Notes: generated by a model not told the origin, from the letters alone. Numbered from the stretch's first letter, positions 27,910 through 37,851 are shown. The stretch: 63,096 bases of DNA from an uncultured virus (IMG/VR IMGVR_UViG_3300043811_000078) (IMGVR_UViG_3300043811_000078), one strand, 5' to 3'. Numbers and translations: made by a program.

Positions 27910-28160
27910 CGGCTGCCGCCGAGCAGTTCCGCCCTGACTTCCTCGTGGGGGATGGTGCCCCCGGGACGCCCTGCGGCCTTCCATGCCTCGTGCTCGGTGA
28001 TCCACGCGTCTGTCCACGCCTCGTCGATCTCTTCCGGCGCGGCGCGCCTTTTGAGGGCGGCGAGGACGATGTACTCGTCGTAGGGGACGACGACGGCTTT
28101 CTCGCCGCCGACCTGTATCACGTTGGGGAGTCCCGCGCTCTCTGCTGGTTCGGCGCTCAT
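27906..28160 (-). CDS. Phd/YefM-like antitoxin
   Basis: GEKAVVVPYDEY...TIPHEEVRAEL; acidic; upstream of the toxin. Confidence 0.8.
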   Translation of the reverse strand: MSAEPAESAGLPNVIQVGGEKAVVVPYDEYIVLAALKRRAAPEEIDEAWTDAWITEHEAWKAAGRPGGTIPHEEVRAELLGGSR

Positions 28161-28364
28161 GAGGGCATCGTAACGCGGCGGCGGGTCGCGGGGTACGATG
28201 CCAAGCGGATACGCTGAGCGCGTTCGACAACTTAAACGAAGCGGCCCCGACCGGTGCGTCAACACCGAGACGGGGCCTAGGAACCAGACCCCATGGAGGT
28301 CGGGAACCATGATCAGTGATCGTACTAGTTACGCGCCCCGAGCACGCCTCCGGGCCTGACGCGC

Positions 28365-29030
28365 GTGGGTCATGACCTGACCCGGATGCTCCGCGCCGGG
28401 ATGCCGCCCGACTGGACGGCCGGGGAACGCGTCGTCGCGATGATCCTTGCCGATGTCTGCAACGACCGGACGCGGCGCGGCTACATCTCCAACGAGCAGC
28501 TCTGCGAGGAATCCGGGCTGGAGCCGGGCAGCCTGCGCTCGATCCTGGCGCGGCTCGGGAGGCACGGCTTCGAGTTGCGGGTTCCGCTGTCTACCGGCAA
28601 GGACGGGCGTCCCGTGTACGCGACGAGCGGTCGCTGTCGCGGCGGACGGGCGGTTACTTACGAGTGCCCGATCCTGGTGCCGCGCGAGGCTAAAGACGCA
28701 ATCCTCATCTCGTCTTTCGATGACGAGGCTGTGGATAACCTGTCTCCGGAGCCGCCGAAAGGCGCAACCGTGAGCGCACCTTTGCCGGAAAGGCGCAACG
28801 CTGGTTGCGAAAGGCGCAACGAGGGCAGCGCCCATACCCCTGGAACCCCACAAGCTTTTATCCCCGACCAGACTTCTGCGGTTCCCCGTCTGACAACGTC
28901 CGTGAAAGGTGCGCGCGTGCGCGAGGTGAGCCCGGACGAGTTCGAGGCGGAGCGGAAACGGCAGATGGACGCGCTCCAGGCACTGATCCGTGAACAAGAC
29001 GGCGGCAACCGCCGCCAGGAGAGGAACTGA
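28365..29030 (+). CDS. Phage replication initiator-like wHTH protein (Rep1)
   Basis: WTAGERVVAMILAD..ND..G...S.EQLCEESGL pattern; internal DnaA box and iterons. Confidence 0.6.
   Translation: MGHDLTRMLRAGMPPDWTAGERVVAMILADVCNDRTRRGYISNEQLCEESGLEPGSLRSILARLGRHGFELRVPLSTGKDGRPVYATSGRCRGGRAVTYECPILVPREAKDAILISSFDDEAVDNLSPEPPKGATVSAPLPERRNAGCERRNEGSAHTPGTPQAFIPDQTSAVPRLTTSVKGARVREVSPDEFEAERKRQMDALQALIREQDGGNRRQERN
28730..28820. promoter_or_regulatory. Putative origin 1: DnaA box plus iterons
   Basis: TGTGGATAA at 28730-28738; GAAAGGCGCAAC at 28757, 28788 and 28809. Confidence 0.65.
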
Positions 29031-29032
29031 CC

Positions 29033-29554
29033 GTGAACGACCCGCTGCATGTACTCGCCACCGCGATCGCGCAGGCGCACACGCTGGGCATCAGGGAGCC
29101 TGGCGCCATCGCCGCCGTGATCGTGAACGCGCTGCCCTCCACGGGATGGTCCGTCGTCCGCACCGTGGAGCTCGAGCGCCTGGAGGAATCCGCGAGCACT
29201 GCCCGCGGCCAGTTCCCCCGCTGCGAGGTCATCAAGCCTGACCGGGACTCCGACTTCTACGTCGGATGGTCGCACGGCGTCGAGGCTCCCGTGATAGCCG
29301 GGACGCGCGCGGAGATGCTCGCGGAGGACTGCCCGGAGTCCCGGCTGCGCCGCGCCGACGAAACCGGGTCGTCCTACTATCCGGAAGCCCCCGGCTGCCG
29401 GTGGGATGATTCGGGGCTGATCGCCGAGCAGCGCGGCCACCTGCCGCGCCGCAACCTCGCCGCGTATACGGTCGCGTGCGCGGAAAACCGGATGGACGAT
29501 GCGTGGGATCTCCTGGAGCCGTTCGATGACGAGACGGAAGTCCGTCGCGGATAA
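29033..29554 (+). CDS. Hypothetical protein
   Basis: 173-aa ORF coupled to Rep1. Confidence 0.6.
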   Translation: MNDPLHVLATAIAQAHTLGIREPGAIAAVIVNALPSTGWSVVRTVELERLEESASTARGQFPRCEVIKPDRDSDFYVGWSHGVEAPVIAGTRAEMLAEDCPESRLRRADETGSSYYPEAPGCRWDDSGLIAEQRGHLPRRNLAAYTVACAENRMDDAWDLLEPFDDETEVRRG

Positions 29555-29576
29555 GCCTGACACCGGATACGGAAGG

Positions 29577-30302
29577 ATGAACGACGTGACCGGCCCCGAG
29601 ATCAAGCCCCCGCCGAACGTCCTGCTTGCAGGCATCGCCGGCTCAACCGCCTACGGCCTGGCGCACGAGGGCTCCGACATCGACCGGATCGGCACCTATG
29701 CCGCCCCGACATCGGAGTTCCACGGACTGCACCTGCCGGTCGGGAAGGCCGCGACGTGGGTCAGCTCGAAGCCTGACGCGACATTCCATGAGGCGGGCAA
29801 GCTGGTTGCCCTGCTGCTGAAATCGAACCCGACGGTCACGGAACTGCTGTGGCTGCCCCGTTACGAAGTGACGACGCCCGCAGGCGAGGCACTGACCGCT
29901 ATCCGCAGCAAGTTCCTCTCGGCAGGCATGGCCCGCAACGCCTACTGCGGGTACGCGACCAGCCAGTTCGGGAAGCTGGAGAACCGTGGCGACGGATCGT
30001 TCAGCGCCGACACGCGCAAACGCACAGAGAAACACGCGCGCCATCTCTGGAGGCTGCTGCATCAGGGAGCGGAACTGCACCGGACCGGCTATCTCCCGGT
30101 GCGGCTCCTGCCTGACGATGCGGCCACCTGCCGGGAGTTCGGCGAGCGCGTAGCCGCCGGGGACCTGGATCTGGCGCGGAAGGCGCTGAGCGACGCGGAG
30201 AACGTCTATCTCACTCCCGGCGAGCTTCCCGCCCGCCCCGACGAGGCGGCAGCCGAAGCGTGGCTCCAGGACGTGCGGCGAGCCTACTGGGAGGACCGGT
30301 GA
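29577..30302 (+). CDS. Pol-beta superfamily nucleotidyltransferase (RlaP/YcgL-like)
   Basis: GIAGSTAYGLAHEGSDID (hGS..DxD), LLKSNPTVTELLW, KHARHLWRLL. Confidence 0.85.
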   Translation: MNDVTGPEIKPPPNVLLAGIAGSTAYGLAHEGSDIDRIGTYAAPTSEFHGLHLPVGKAATWVSSKPDATFHEAGKLVALLLKSNPTVTELLWLPRYEVTTPAGEALTAIRSKFLSAGMARNAYCGYATSQFGKLENRGDGSFSADTRKRTEKHARHLWRLLHQGAELHRTGYLPVRLLPDDAATCREFGERVAAGDLDLARKALSDAENVYLTPGELPARPDEAAAEAWLQDVRRAYWEDR

Positions 30303-31669
30303 CCACGATCCCGGGACCGGGGCCGGACGCTGAGCGCGTGCTGGCCGCTATCCGCCGTGCGGGCGGCCGGCCGATGCTTGTCGGCGGCTGGGTCCGTGAC
30401 GCGCTTCTCGGCGCGCCCTCCAAGGACATCGACATCGAGGTGTACGGCGTAGACGGCCCTGACATCCTCGCTGCCGCACTGTCCGGCGTCGGCAACGTGA
30501 CGGAGGCCGGGAAGTCGTTCGGGGTCCTCAAGGTCCGTTCCGGCGCGACAGAGATCGACGTGTCGCTTCCCCGCCGCGAATCCAAAACGGGCGCGGGTCA
30601 CCGCGGATTCGCCGTCGTCCCGGACAGTGACCTCGGTTTCGCGGAGGCCAGCGCCCGGCGGGACTTCACGATCAACGCGCTCATGGCCGACCCGGAAACA
30701 GGGGAGGTGACCGACTGCCACGGCGGCCTAGCGGACCTGGAAGCGGGCGTGCTGCGGCACACGTCGGCGGCGTTCTCTGAGGATCCGCTGCGTGTCCTGC
30801 GAGCCGTCCAGTTCGCGGGCCGGTTCGGGTTCACGCTCGCACCGGAGACCGCCGCCACGTGCCGCCGCCTGCGCGGCTCGTACCGGGAGCTGGCGACCGA
30901 GCGCGTCTGGGGTGAGATGGCGAAACTCGGCACCAGGGGCACCGATCTGCGGGCCGCGCTCACTGCCCTGGCCGGCACCGGATGGGAGGCGTGCTTCCCG
31001 CAGCTCGCCGCGCTCCACGGCATCGAGCAGGATCCGGGCTGGCATCCCGAAGGCGACGTGCACGCCCATTCGGGTCTCGCCGCGACGCAGGCCGCCCGGC
31101 TCGCCGATGAGGCCGGGCTGACCGGGACGGACCGCCTCGTGATCGTTTTCGCCGCCCTCCTGCACGACACGGGGAAGGTGACGCACACGCAGCGGGACGG
31201 AGGCCGGATCACCTCCCGCGGCCACGCTGCGGCGGGCGTGGAGCCGGCGACCGCGTTCCTGCGCTCGGCCGGCTGCCCGGAGAGCATCACGGCCCGCATC
31301 GTCCCGCTCGTCCGCGAGCACATGTGCTGCGCGGACAGCCCGACGAAACCAGCAGTCCGCCGGCTCGTGCGGCGGCTCGTGCCGGCGACCCTCGCCGAAC
31401 TGGCGCTCGCCGTCGGCGCTGACCGCAAAGGCCGGGGCGACCCGGACGCACCGAACCCGGCGGAGGCGTGGATGGAGATCGGCCGGGACCTCAAGGTGAC
31501 CGACCGCCCGGCCAGGGGGCTGCTGACCGGTGATCACCTCATCGCGGCGGGAATGAGGCCGGGACCGGCGTTCAAGCCGGTCCTCGCTGAGGCGCTGGCC
31601 GCGCAGGACGCAGGGGAATTCGCCGACGAGGCCGGGGCGGTCCGGTGGCTGACGGCACGGGCAGGATAG
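30299..31669 (+). CDS. cca: Class II CCA-adding tRNA nucleotidyltransferase with HD domain
   Basis: LVGGWVRDALLG..KDIDI, RRDFTINAL, EDPLRVLR, WHPEGDV..H, ALLHDTGK. Confidence 0.92.
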   Translation: MTTIPGPGPDAERVLAAIRRAGGRPMLVGGWVRDALLGAPSKDIDIEVYGVDGPDILAAALSGVGNVTEAGKSFGVLKVRSGATEIDVSLPRRESKTGAGHRGFAVVPDSDLGFAEASARRDFTINALMADPETGEVTDCHGGLADLEAGVLRHTSAAFSEDPLRVLRAVQFAGRFGFTLAPETAATCRRLRGSYRELATERVWGEMAKLGTRGTDLRAALTALAGTGWEACFPQLAALHGIEQDPGWHPEGDVHAHSGLAATQAARLADEAGLTGTDRLVIVFAALLHDTGKVTHTQRDGGRITSRGHAAAGVEPATAFLRSAGCPESITARIVPLVREHMCCADSPTKPAVRRLVRRLVPATLAELALAVGADRKGRGDPDAPNPAEAWMEIGRDLKVTDRPARGLLTGDHLIAAGMRPGPAFKPVLAEALAAQDAGEFADEAGAVRWLTARAG

Positions 31670-31702
31670 ACCGGTGAACATCACGCGAGGGGTGACTGCA
31701 CG

Positions 31703-32908
31703 ATGGAACAACTGAGCAAGAAGCTTCTCAACTGGGCATCGATCCTGGAGCCGGACACCCGGGAGCAGGCGGAACGTACCGCATCGATGCCGTTCATCTA
31801 CCCGCATCTGGCGCTCATGCCGGACGCGCATCTCGGCAAGGGCGCCACGGTCGGGTCGGTCATCCCGACGCTCGGCGCGATCATCCCGGCCGCCGTCGGT
31901 GTCGACATCGGGTGCGGGATGCACGCCGTACGGACCCAGCTCACGGCAGAGGACGTGCGAAGCCGCGGGAACCTGGCGGACCTGCGCGTCGCGATCGAGA
32001 ACGCCATCCCGCTATCAGCCGGCAAGTACAACACCGGCATCTACGATGCGGAGACCGAGGGCCGGATCGGCGAGCTGGTCCTGATGGACGCGTCGGAGAG
32101 CGCCGAGACCGTCGCGCCGAACTGGAACATGCAGCTCGGCTCGCTCGGCAGCGGCAACCACTTCATCGAGATCAGCCTCGATGAGCTGGATCGCGTGTGG
32201 GTGTTCCTGCACTCAGGATCACGCGGCGTCGGCAACAAGCTCGCCGGCAAGCACATCAAGGCCGCACGCGACCTGTGCGACAAGTGGTGGGTCAGCCTGC
32301 CCGATCCCGACCTCGCCTACCTCGTCGAGGACACCCGCGAGTTCTGGGATTACATCCGGGATCTCCGCTGGGCGCAGCACTTCGCGCTGCTGAACCGGCA
32401 GGAGATGATGCACCGCGTGCTCGGCTGCCTCGGCGAGTGGGCCGGGGAACCCGCGCAGGGCCTTGAGGTGGTCCAATGTCATCACAACTACACCGAGCAG
32501 ATGCCGGATGATCTCGCGCGGCACTGGCGTGCGAAGAATGCCGGTCACTCCGGTCACGTCTGGCTGTCCCGCAAGGGCGCGATCGACGCCAGCGAAGGCA
32601 AGCCGGGCCTGATCCCCGGATCGATGGGCACCGCGTCGTACGTCGTCACAGGGAAGGGGAACCCGCTGTCGCTGAACTCGTCCCCGCACGGGGCGGGGCG
32701 CGAGTACAGCCGGTCGGCAGCCCGCAAGACGTTCACCCGCGAGCAGCTCGACGCGGCGATGGATGGCATCGAGTGGCGGCACACGGACGCGTTCCTCGAC
32801 GAGATCCCGGGCGCATACAAGCCCGTCGAAGTCGTGATGAACGACGCCCGCGATCTCGTGGAGATCCGGCACCGGCTGCGGCAGATCGTCAACGTCAAGG
32901 GTGACTGA
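31703..32908 (+). CDS. rtcB: RtcB RNA 2',3'-cyclic/3'-phosphate ligase
   Basis: MPDAH, GVDIGCG, GSGNHF, HSGSRG, HHNY, RKGA, PGSMG, SSPHGAGR. Confidence 0.96.
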   Translation: MEQLSKKLLNWASILEPDTREQAERTASMPFIYPHLALMPDAHLGKGATVGSVIPTLGAIIPAAVGVDIGCGMHAVRTQLTAEDVRSRGNLADLRVAIENAIPLSAGKYNTGIYDAETEGRIGELVLMDASESAETVAPNWNMQLGSLGSGNHFIEISLDELDRVWVFLHSGSRGVGNKLAGKHIKAARDLCDKWWVSLPDPDLAYLVEDTREFWDYIRDLRWAQHFALLNRQEMMHRVLGCLGEWAGEPAQGLEVVQCHHNYTEQMPDDLARHWRAKNAGHSGHVWLSRKGAIDASEGKPGLIPGSMGTASYVVTGKGNPLSLNSSPHGAGREYSRSAARKTFTREQLDAAMDGIEWRHTDAFLDEIPGAYKPVEVVMNDARDLVEIRHRLRQIVNVKGD

Positions 32909-32929
32909 TCCGGTGCCGGCCGCCGCCGT

Positions 32930-33535
32930 TCAGCAGCCGCTCCCGGTATCCATCACTTCCCGCACCCCGGACGGCAGCGGCCCGGTACTGGCCGCCGGCA
33001 GCTTCCACGTCACGCTCTTCCCGTCGGCGTCCTGCCATCTCAGCTCGGCTGGCCCGGCGGCCACGTCCCACACGGCAGCGTCGGTGACGCCGCGGCCCGG
33101 CCTGATGACGGTCCCGCCGGCGAGGACCGGCAGGCACCCGTCCCAGGCGACGCTGGCACTGGTCCCGTCGCCCGTGCCGGGCCACACCCGGCCGCCGGAG
33201 ATCACCTCCAGGCCGTCACCGGACGCCGGGTCCGGGACGGTGCCGGCCCCGCCGACAGGGGCCACGCGGATCTCCGTGATGAGCCACCGCCCGTGCAGGG
33301 GCACGATCTCATCGGTCTGCGTGCCGGCGTAGGGGAGCCACCAGGCACCGGACGGGGCGGCACGCAGCATCGCCCCGCTGCCGCCCTCGACGACGGCGGG
33401 AGCGGCGAACGGGAGCGCGGCGGGGCTGGTCCGGGCATCCTGCACGGTGCTGGCGGGAGCCGGGACGGCGCCCGGCGTCGCGCATCCGGCGGCGGCGACG
33501 GCGAGGAGCCCGGCGGTGACGGCGAGTTGTCTCAT
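32930..33535 (-). CDS. Lipoprotein
   Basis: MRQLAVTAGLLAVAAAG-C lipobox; Pro/Ala linker. Confidence 0.65.
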   Translation of the reverse strand: MRQLAVTAGLLAVAAAGCATPGAVPAPASTVQDARTSPAALPFAAPAVVEGGSGAMLRAAPSGAWWLPYAGTQTDEIVPLHGRWLITEIRVAPVGGAGTVPDPASGDGLEVISGGRVWPGTGDGTSASVAWDGCLPVLAGGTVIRPGRGVTDAAVWDVAAGPAELRWQDADGKSVTWKLPAASTGPLPSGVREVMDTGSGC

Positions 33536-33751
33536 GACGTTATCGTCGCGGCACGCCGGCGGAAAGTTCACGTGACCCGGTGACGACACGCCGGCAGGAC
33601 GGTCACGATACGGCAGGATGAGCGCGGTGAGCATCCTGCGCGTACTTGCCGCCGTCAGCGCCGTCGCCGCCTCGCGGTACATCCGCAGGCTCGCCGTCCG
33701 CGCGGCGTTTCCCCGTCCCGGTCACTCCGGGCGCACGGAAGAATTGAGCAC

Positions 33752-35002
33752 GTGAGCGAAATCGAGGCACCGTCACCGCGCGTTCCCGTATCCGACCTGA
33801 TCGCCGCCCTCCGCGAGAAGGCACCCCGGCTGGCGATGGCGCTGGCCGCCGGCCAGGCGGCGCTCCCGGCGGCCCGCTGGCTGCGGAACACGGCCAGCGA
33901 GCGGACCCGGTACACCGTGAAAGTCCCCGGCAGCGATGACGTGTACGACGAGCTGCACGAGTGGGTGCTCGGCATCCTGGCGCCGAAAGAACAACGGGCG
34001 CTCGTGGCATGGTCGTCGAAACGGTACGCGGAGGTTGCCGTGCCGGGAGAGCGCCCCGCGCCGCCGTCGCTGCGGCTGCGCTACGACGGCACCCGCGAGC
34101 AGGTCATCACCGTCGCCGGGCACAAGGTCAAGGTCGTGGTGGCGGACGGCGAGCGGTCCGGCAAGGAAGACGGCTACTGGAAGCCCCCCGAGATCGTGTT
34201 CACCGCCCGTTCCCTCGCCGGCCGCCAGGCGCTCCTGGAGGAGATCGGCGGGGTGCTGCGCCGCAGCCACGACCGCAAGCGCAAGCCCGCGTTCCGGATG
34301 CTCGGCAGGTGGGATGACTGGGAGCGGCTCGACGACCTCCCGGCCCGTGACCTGGACAGCGTGATCCTCGCACCGGGACAGCTCGAACGGCTCACCGGTG
34401 ACGTCGCCCGGTTCCTGGCCAGCGAGCAGGACTGCGCGCGCCGCTGCATCCCGTGGCACCGCGGCCACCTGTACGAGGGGCCGCCGGGCACCGGCAAGAC
34501 GTCGGTGGCCCGCGCCATCGCCACCCATTTCGGGATGGACACGTGGTACCTGCCGCTGGCTGACGTGAAGAAGGACGGCGAGCTGCTGCGTGTCGCCTCC
34601 CGCATCAGCCCGCGTAGCATGCTGCTGCTTGAGGACGCCGACGTGTTCCATGCCACCACCCGGCGCGACGACGACGCCGGCGAGGTCACCTTGTCCGGGC
34701 TGCTGAACACGCTCGACGGGATCGCCACCCCGCACGGGCTGCTCACCGTGATGACCACCAACACGCCGGAAGTCCTCGACTCCGCAGTGGTCCGGGCCGG
34801 GCGCATCGACCTCGTGGAGCATTTCGGGCTGGCGGACGCAGAGCAGGCCGGGCGGCTCATCGCCCGCTGGTACGGGTGCCCCGCGCCTGACGTGAGGGGA
34901 ATCTCCGGGGTGTCGCCGGCGGACGTGATCGAGGCGTGCAAGCGGCACGACGACCCGGCGTCCGCTGTTGCCGAGCTGGCCGGGGAACTGGTGACCGCGT
35001 GA
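33752..35002 (+). CDS. BCS1-like AAA+ ATPase
   Basis: GPPGTGKTS, LLLEDAD, VTLSGLLNTLDG, MTTN..LDSAVVRAGRID. Confidence 0.85.
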   Translation: MSEIEAPSPRVPVSDLIAALREKAPRLAMALAAGQAALPAARWLRNTASERTRYTVKVPGSDDVYDELHEWVLGILAPKEQRALVAWSSKRYAEVAVPGERPAPPSLRLRYDGTREQVITVAGHKVKVVVADGERSGKEDGYWKPPEIVFTARSLAGRQALLEEIGGVLRRSHDRKRKPAFRMLGRWDDWERLDDLPARDLDSVILAPGQLERLTGDVARFLASEQDCARRCIPWHRGHLYEGPPGTGKTSVARAIATHFGMDTWYLPLADVKKDGELLRVASRISPRSMLLLEDADVFHATTRRDDDAGEVTLSGLLNTLDGIATPHGLLTVMTTNTPEVLDSAVVRAGRIDLVEHFGLADAEQAGRLIARWYGCPAPDVRGISGVSPADVIEACKRHDDPASAVAELAGELVTA

Positions 35003-35058
35003 ACCTCCCGCCCTCTCTCCGCGTCGCGGGTACTCGCCGGTGAGGCACACTAGGGGCC

Positions 35059-36337
35059 GTGGAGAGCGCAGGCATCATGCGAGGCAAGACCAGGGTCATG
35101 CACGGCGACATCGCCCTGTGGGACCCGGAGAACCCGGAGCCGTTCAAGACGATCGCCGGGGACCAGTTCCTCGGCCAGGAGGACGACACCGCCCTGGTGC
35201 GGGACGTGTCCGGGTGCGTCATGCACGTCCACCGCGGATGGCTGGCCGTCCAGGTCGACGGGGACGACCGGGGCGCGCATTTCGCGTCGCCGGGATTCGG
35301 GGAGCCGGGGCACTGGTGGGGGCCGGAGTAGCGCGCTATCCTGATCGCACGCGAGGGACCCGCAGGTCCCGAATAGAGCGGCAGCCCTCCGGACGGCGGG
35401 TGGGCCGCTCTTAGCGTCTCCGGGGCCGGTACGCTCGCCCGCATGACCGGCGACGCCGAAGCGGCCACGGGACCCACGCCGACCGCGATGGCCGCGAAGG
35501 CATTCATGGAGCGGATCGACAACCTCACCTACCTGGGCATCATCGGGACCCGCGCGAAAAACGGCGGCTGGGTCGGTGCCCGCGCTGCCGGCCTGCGGGA
35601 CGCCCGCGCCTCGGACGCGGTCGCGCTAGCTGCCGTTGAGGCAGTCCTTGACCTCTTCCGGGATTGGGCGGCGGAAACGGACGGGGCCGCTAGGCTCGCC
35701 GCATTCACCTGCCCGTGCTGCGGTGCCACGTCGCCGAACCCGAACGATATCCGGGAGGGTTACTGCGGGCGGTGCCACTGGTGGACGGGAGACCCGGTGC
35801 TCGGGCCGGCGCACCTGAGCGAGCCGTGCGAGGCTCGCCGCCGGGAGCGGGCAGGCTAGGCTCATGGCACCGATGCTCGGCAGGCGCAAGGTCCCCGGCT
35901 GCTGCCCCGGTACGCGGGCCGGGCGCGATCCCGGACCGGACTGCTCCGGGGGAGGCCCGGCAGGCACTAGGGCGGCGAAGCGCGCTGAGGCGAGGATGGT
36001 GGCGGCAGAGCTGGCACCGGAGGCGGATGAACGGGAGTGGCTCGCGACCCTCGGGCCGCTGTACGACGTGCCGGATTGCATCCACGGGTGCAGCGGGTCG
36101 CCGTCGTGCAGCGGGGAGCGGTGCACGTTCACCTGCCACGACGCGGAGCAGGTCTTCTGCCGCCACTGCGGCGAAGAGATCATCCCGTGCGGCGGCTCCC
36201 TGATCCCGTCGGTCTGCACGGGATGGGTCCACGCCGGGTACGAGAGCCAGCCGATCGGGCGGCACTACTGCGGCGGCAGGTCGGTCAGGCCGTCCGCTGA
36301 GCCCGCGCCGGACTACTGCCCGGATACGCGAGAATGA
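35059..36337 (+). other. Three hypothetical genes (35059-35331, 35443-35859, 35864-36337); the last two are Cys-rich
   Basis: FTCPCCG..YCGRCH and multiple CxxC/CxH motifs; each start is preceded by a -10-like hexamer. Confidence 0.55.
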
Positions 36338-36405
36338 CCGCGTGAGCGTTACGCACGCTGCCGCTGACCCCATCGCCACATCTTGCTTACCTTCCCGCGA
36401 ACCTC

Positions 36406-36449
36406 TTGTGGTGTCACCACGTAGGCCGTAGATTCAGTGGTGTCACCAC
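36406..36449 (+). promoter_or_regulatory. Promoter overlapped by two GTGGTGTCACCAC operators
   Basis: TTGTGG-N17-TAGATT; 13-bp palindromes at 36408-36420 and 36437-36449. Confidence 0.7.
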
Positions 36450-36465
36450 AAACGGAAGGGGAACC

Positions 36466-37395
36466 ATGAACGATCAGCACGTACTCACCAAGACGCTCCG
36501 CGACGGCGGCCGGCTGGACATCAGCATCGCCCCGTTCGGCAGCCCCGACAGCAGCGCATGGGAACTCGTCCTGACCCGCGACGGCCGGGAATGGATCAGG
36601 ACCCGGAACCACCCTCGCGAAGTGGCGGCGCCGCCCGCACCCGGCATCACCCACGCGCTTCCCATCGATGACGGGCGTGACGGCGGCAAGGCGGTCGGCC
36701 TCACCGCGGCCGAGGCGGACAAGATAACCGCCGCGTTCAAGGCCCACTACGAGCGGCAGGCGCAGCGGCAGAAGGACCGTATCAAGGCGGAGATGGCAGA
36801 GGCGGAAGCCCGCGCCCGCGCAGCCGCGCCGGACGCTCCCGTATTCACGCTCTCCGGCCCGGACGGTGCCGCGCCTCCCGGACCGGGCGAGACCGCCCGG
36901 CTCGGCGACGGCCGCGCCGTCACCGGACTGCGGACCTGGAAGAAGTACTACGGCGAGGATGGCTGGACATTCGGCGTCATGGACGAATCCGGCTACCTGT
37001 ACTTCTCTGAGTGCCGTGAGGCCACCCCCGAGGAGCGCGCCGGACTGGAGGGACGCGAAGCGCGGCAGGCACGGCGCGAGGGCCTCATGGAGCGCGCCGC
37101 GGAACTGTCCCGCACCGCCGATGGCGAGATCCCCGCCGAGGTTACCGGCGACCTGCATGCCCTTCCGTCCGCCCGGATCAGGCCCGCGCGGCGCACCGAG
37201 GCCGGCGCGCCGTACATCCAGCTGCGCACGGACGAGGGGGCCGGCGCGCTGTGGCTGCTCATCTACAACGGCGCTGACGGCGACAACTGGTCCTACAGCA
37301 ACTACGGGGCCTACATCGCCCGCCGGATCCCGCTGACCCCGGAACTGGCAGCGCTCGCGGCGGACCTGCGTGCCGAGTTCGGGAGCGTGGACTGA
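36466..37395 (+). CDS. Hypothetical protein
   Basis: GGAAGGGG ribosome-binding site; 309 aa; IYNGADGDNWSYSN motif. Confidence 0.65.
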   Translation: MNDQHVLTKTLRDGGRLDISIAPFGSPDSSAWELVLTRDGREWIRTRNHPREVAAPPAPGITHALPIDDGRDGGKAVGLTAAEADKITAAFKAHYERQAQRQKDRIKAEMAEAEARARAAAPDAPVFTLSGPDGAAPPGPGETARLGDGRAVTGLRTWKKYYGEDGWTFGVMDESGYLYFSECREATPEERAGLEGREARQARREGLMERAAELSRTADGEIPAEVTGDLHALPSARIRPARRTEAGAPYIQLRTDEGAGALWLLIYNGADGDNWSYSNYGAYIARRIPLTPELAALAADLRAEFGSVD

Positions 37396-37716
37396 ATGCC
37401 GGAAAGCGACCGCCACGCGCGGAACCCGATCACCTTCCGCCCGGCAGCCGATACGTGGGGCTGGCTCGACGACATCGCAGCCCGCGAAGGGCGGCCCGTC
37501 CGCGCGGTCGTCAGGGACGCCGTGGAGCGGGAGCGCGTCATCAGCGAGGCGGGGCTGGCAGCGTTCGACCGCGAGTGCACCCGCCGCCTGGCAGCGTTCT
37601 TCGATGCGCGGTCGAAAGGCCGTGACGGGGCCGAAGAATCCCGGGCGCTCATGGCGGCAGAGGCCGCTTACCGCCGGGCCATTGCCGAATGGGAGCCGCC
37701 CGGGGGTGAAAGCTGA
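37396..37716 (+). CDS. Ribbon-helix-helix (CopG/Arc-like) regulator
   Basis: PITFRPAADTWGWLDDIAAREGRPVRAVVRDAVE. Confidence 0.65.
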   Translation: MPESDRHARNPITFRPAADTWGWLDDIAAREGRPVRAVVRDAVERERVISEAGLAAFDRECTRRLAAFFDARSKGRDGAEESRALMAAEAAYRRAIAEWEPPGGES

Positions 37717-37794
37717 CCCCCGTGCGGGTGTCAGCACGCTCTGTCAAAGATTAGACCTCGCGGGCTACGCTGGGGATTGCCCGGATCAAGACAG

Positions 37795-37827
37795 CGCCCC
37801 CGCCGTTCGATAGCCGGCGGGGGCGTT
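37795..37827. terminator. Hairpin between convergent genes
   Basis: CGCCCCCGCCG-N9-CGGCGGGGGCG. Confidence 0.6.
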
Positions 37828-37851
37828 ATCGCGCGCTTTGGGACGCGGCTC

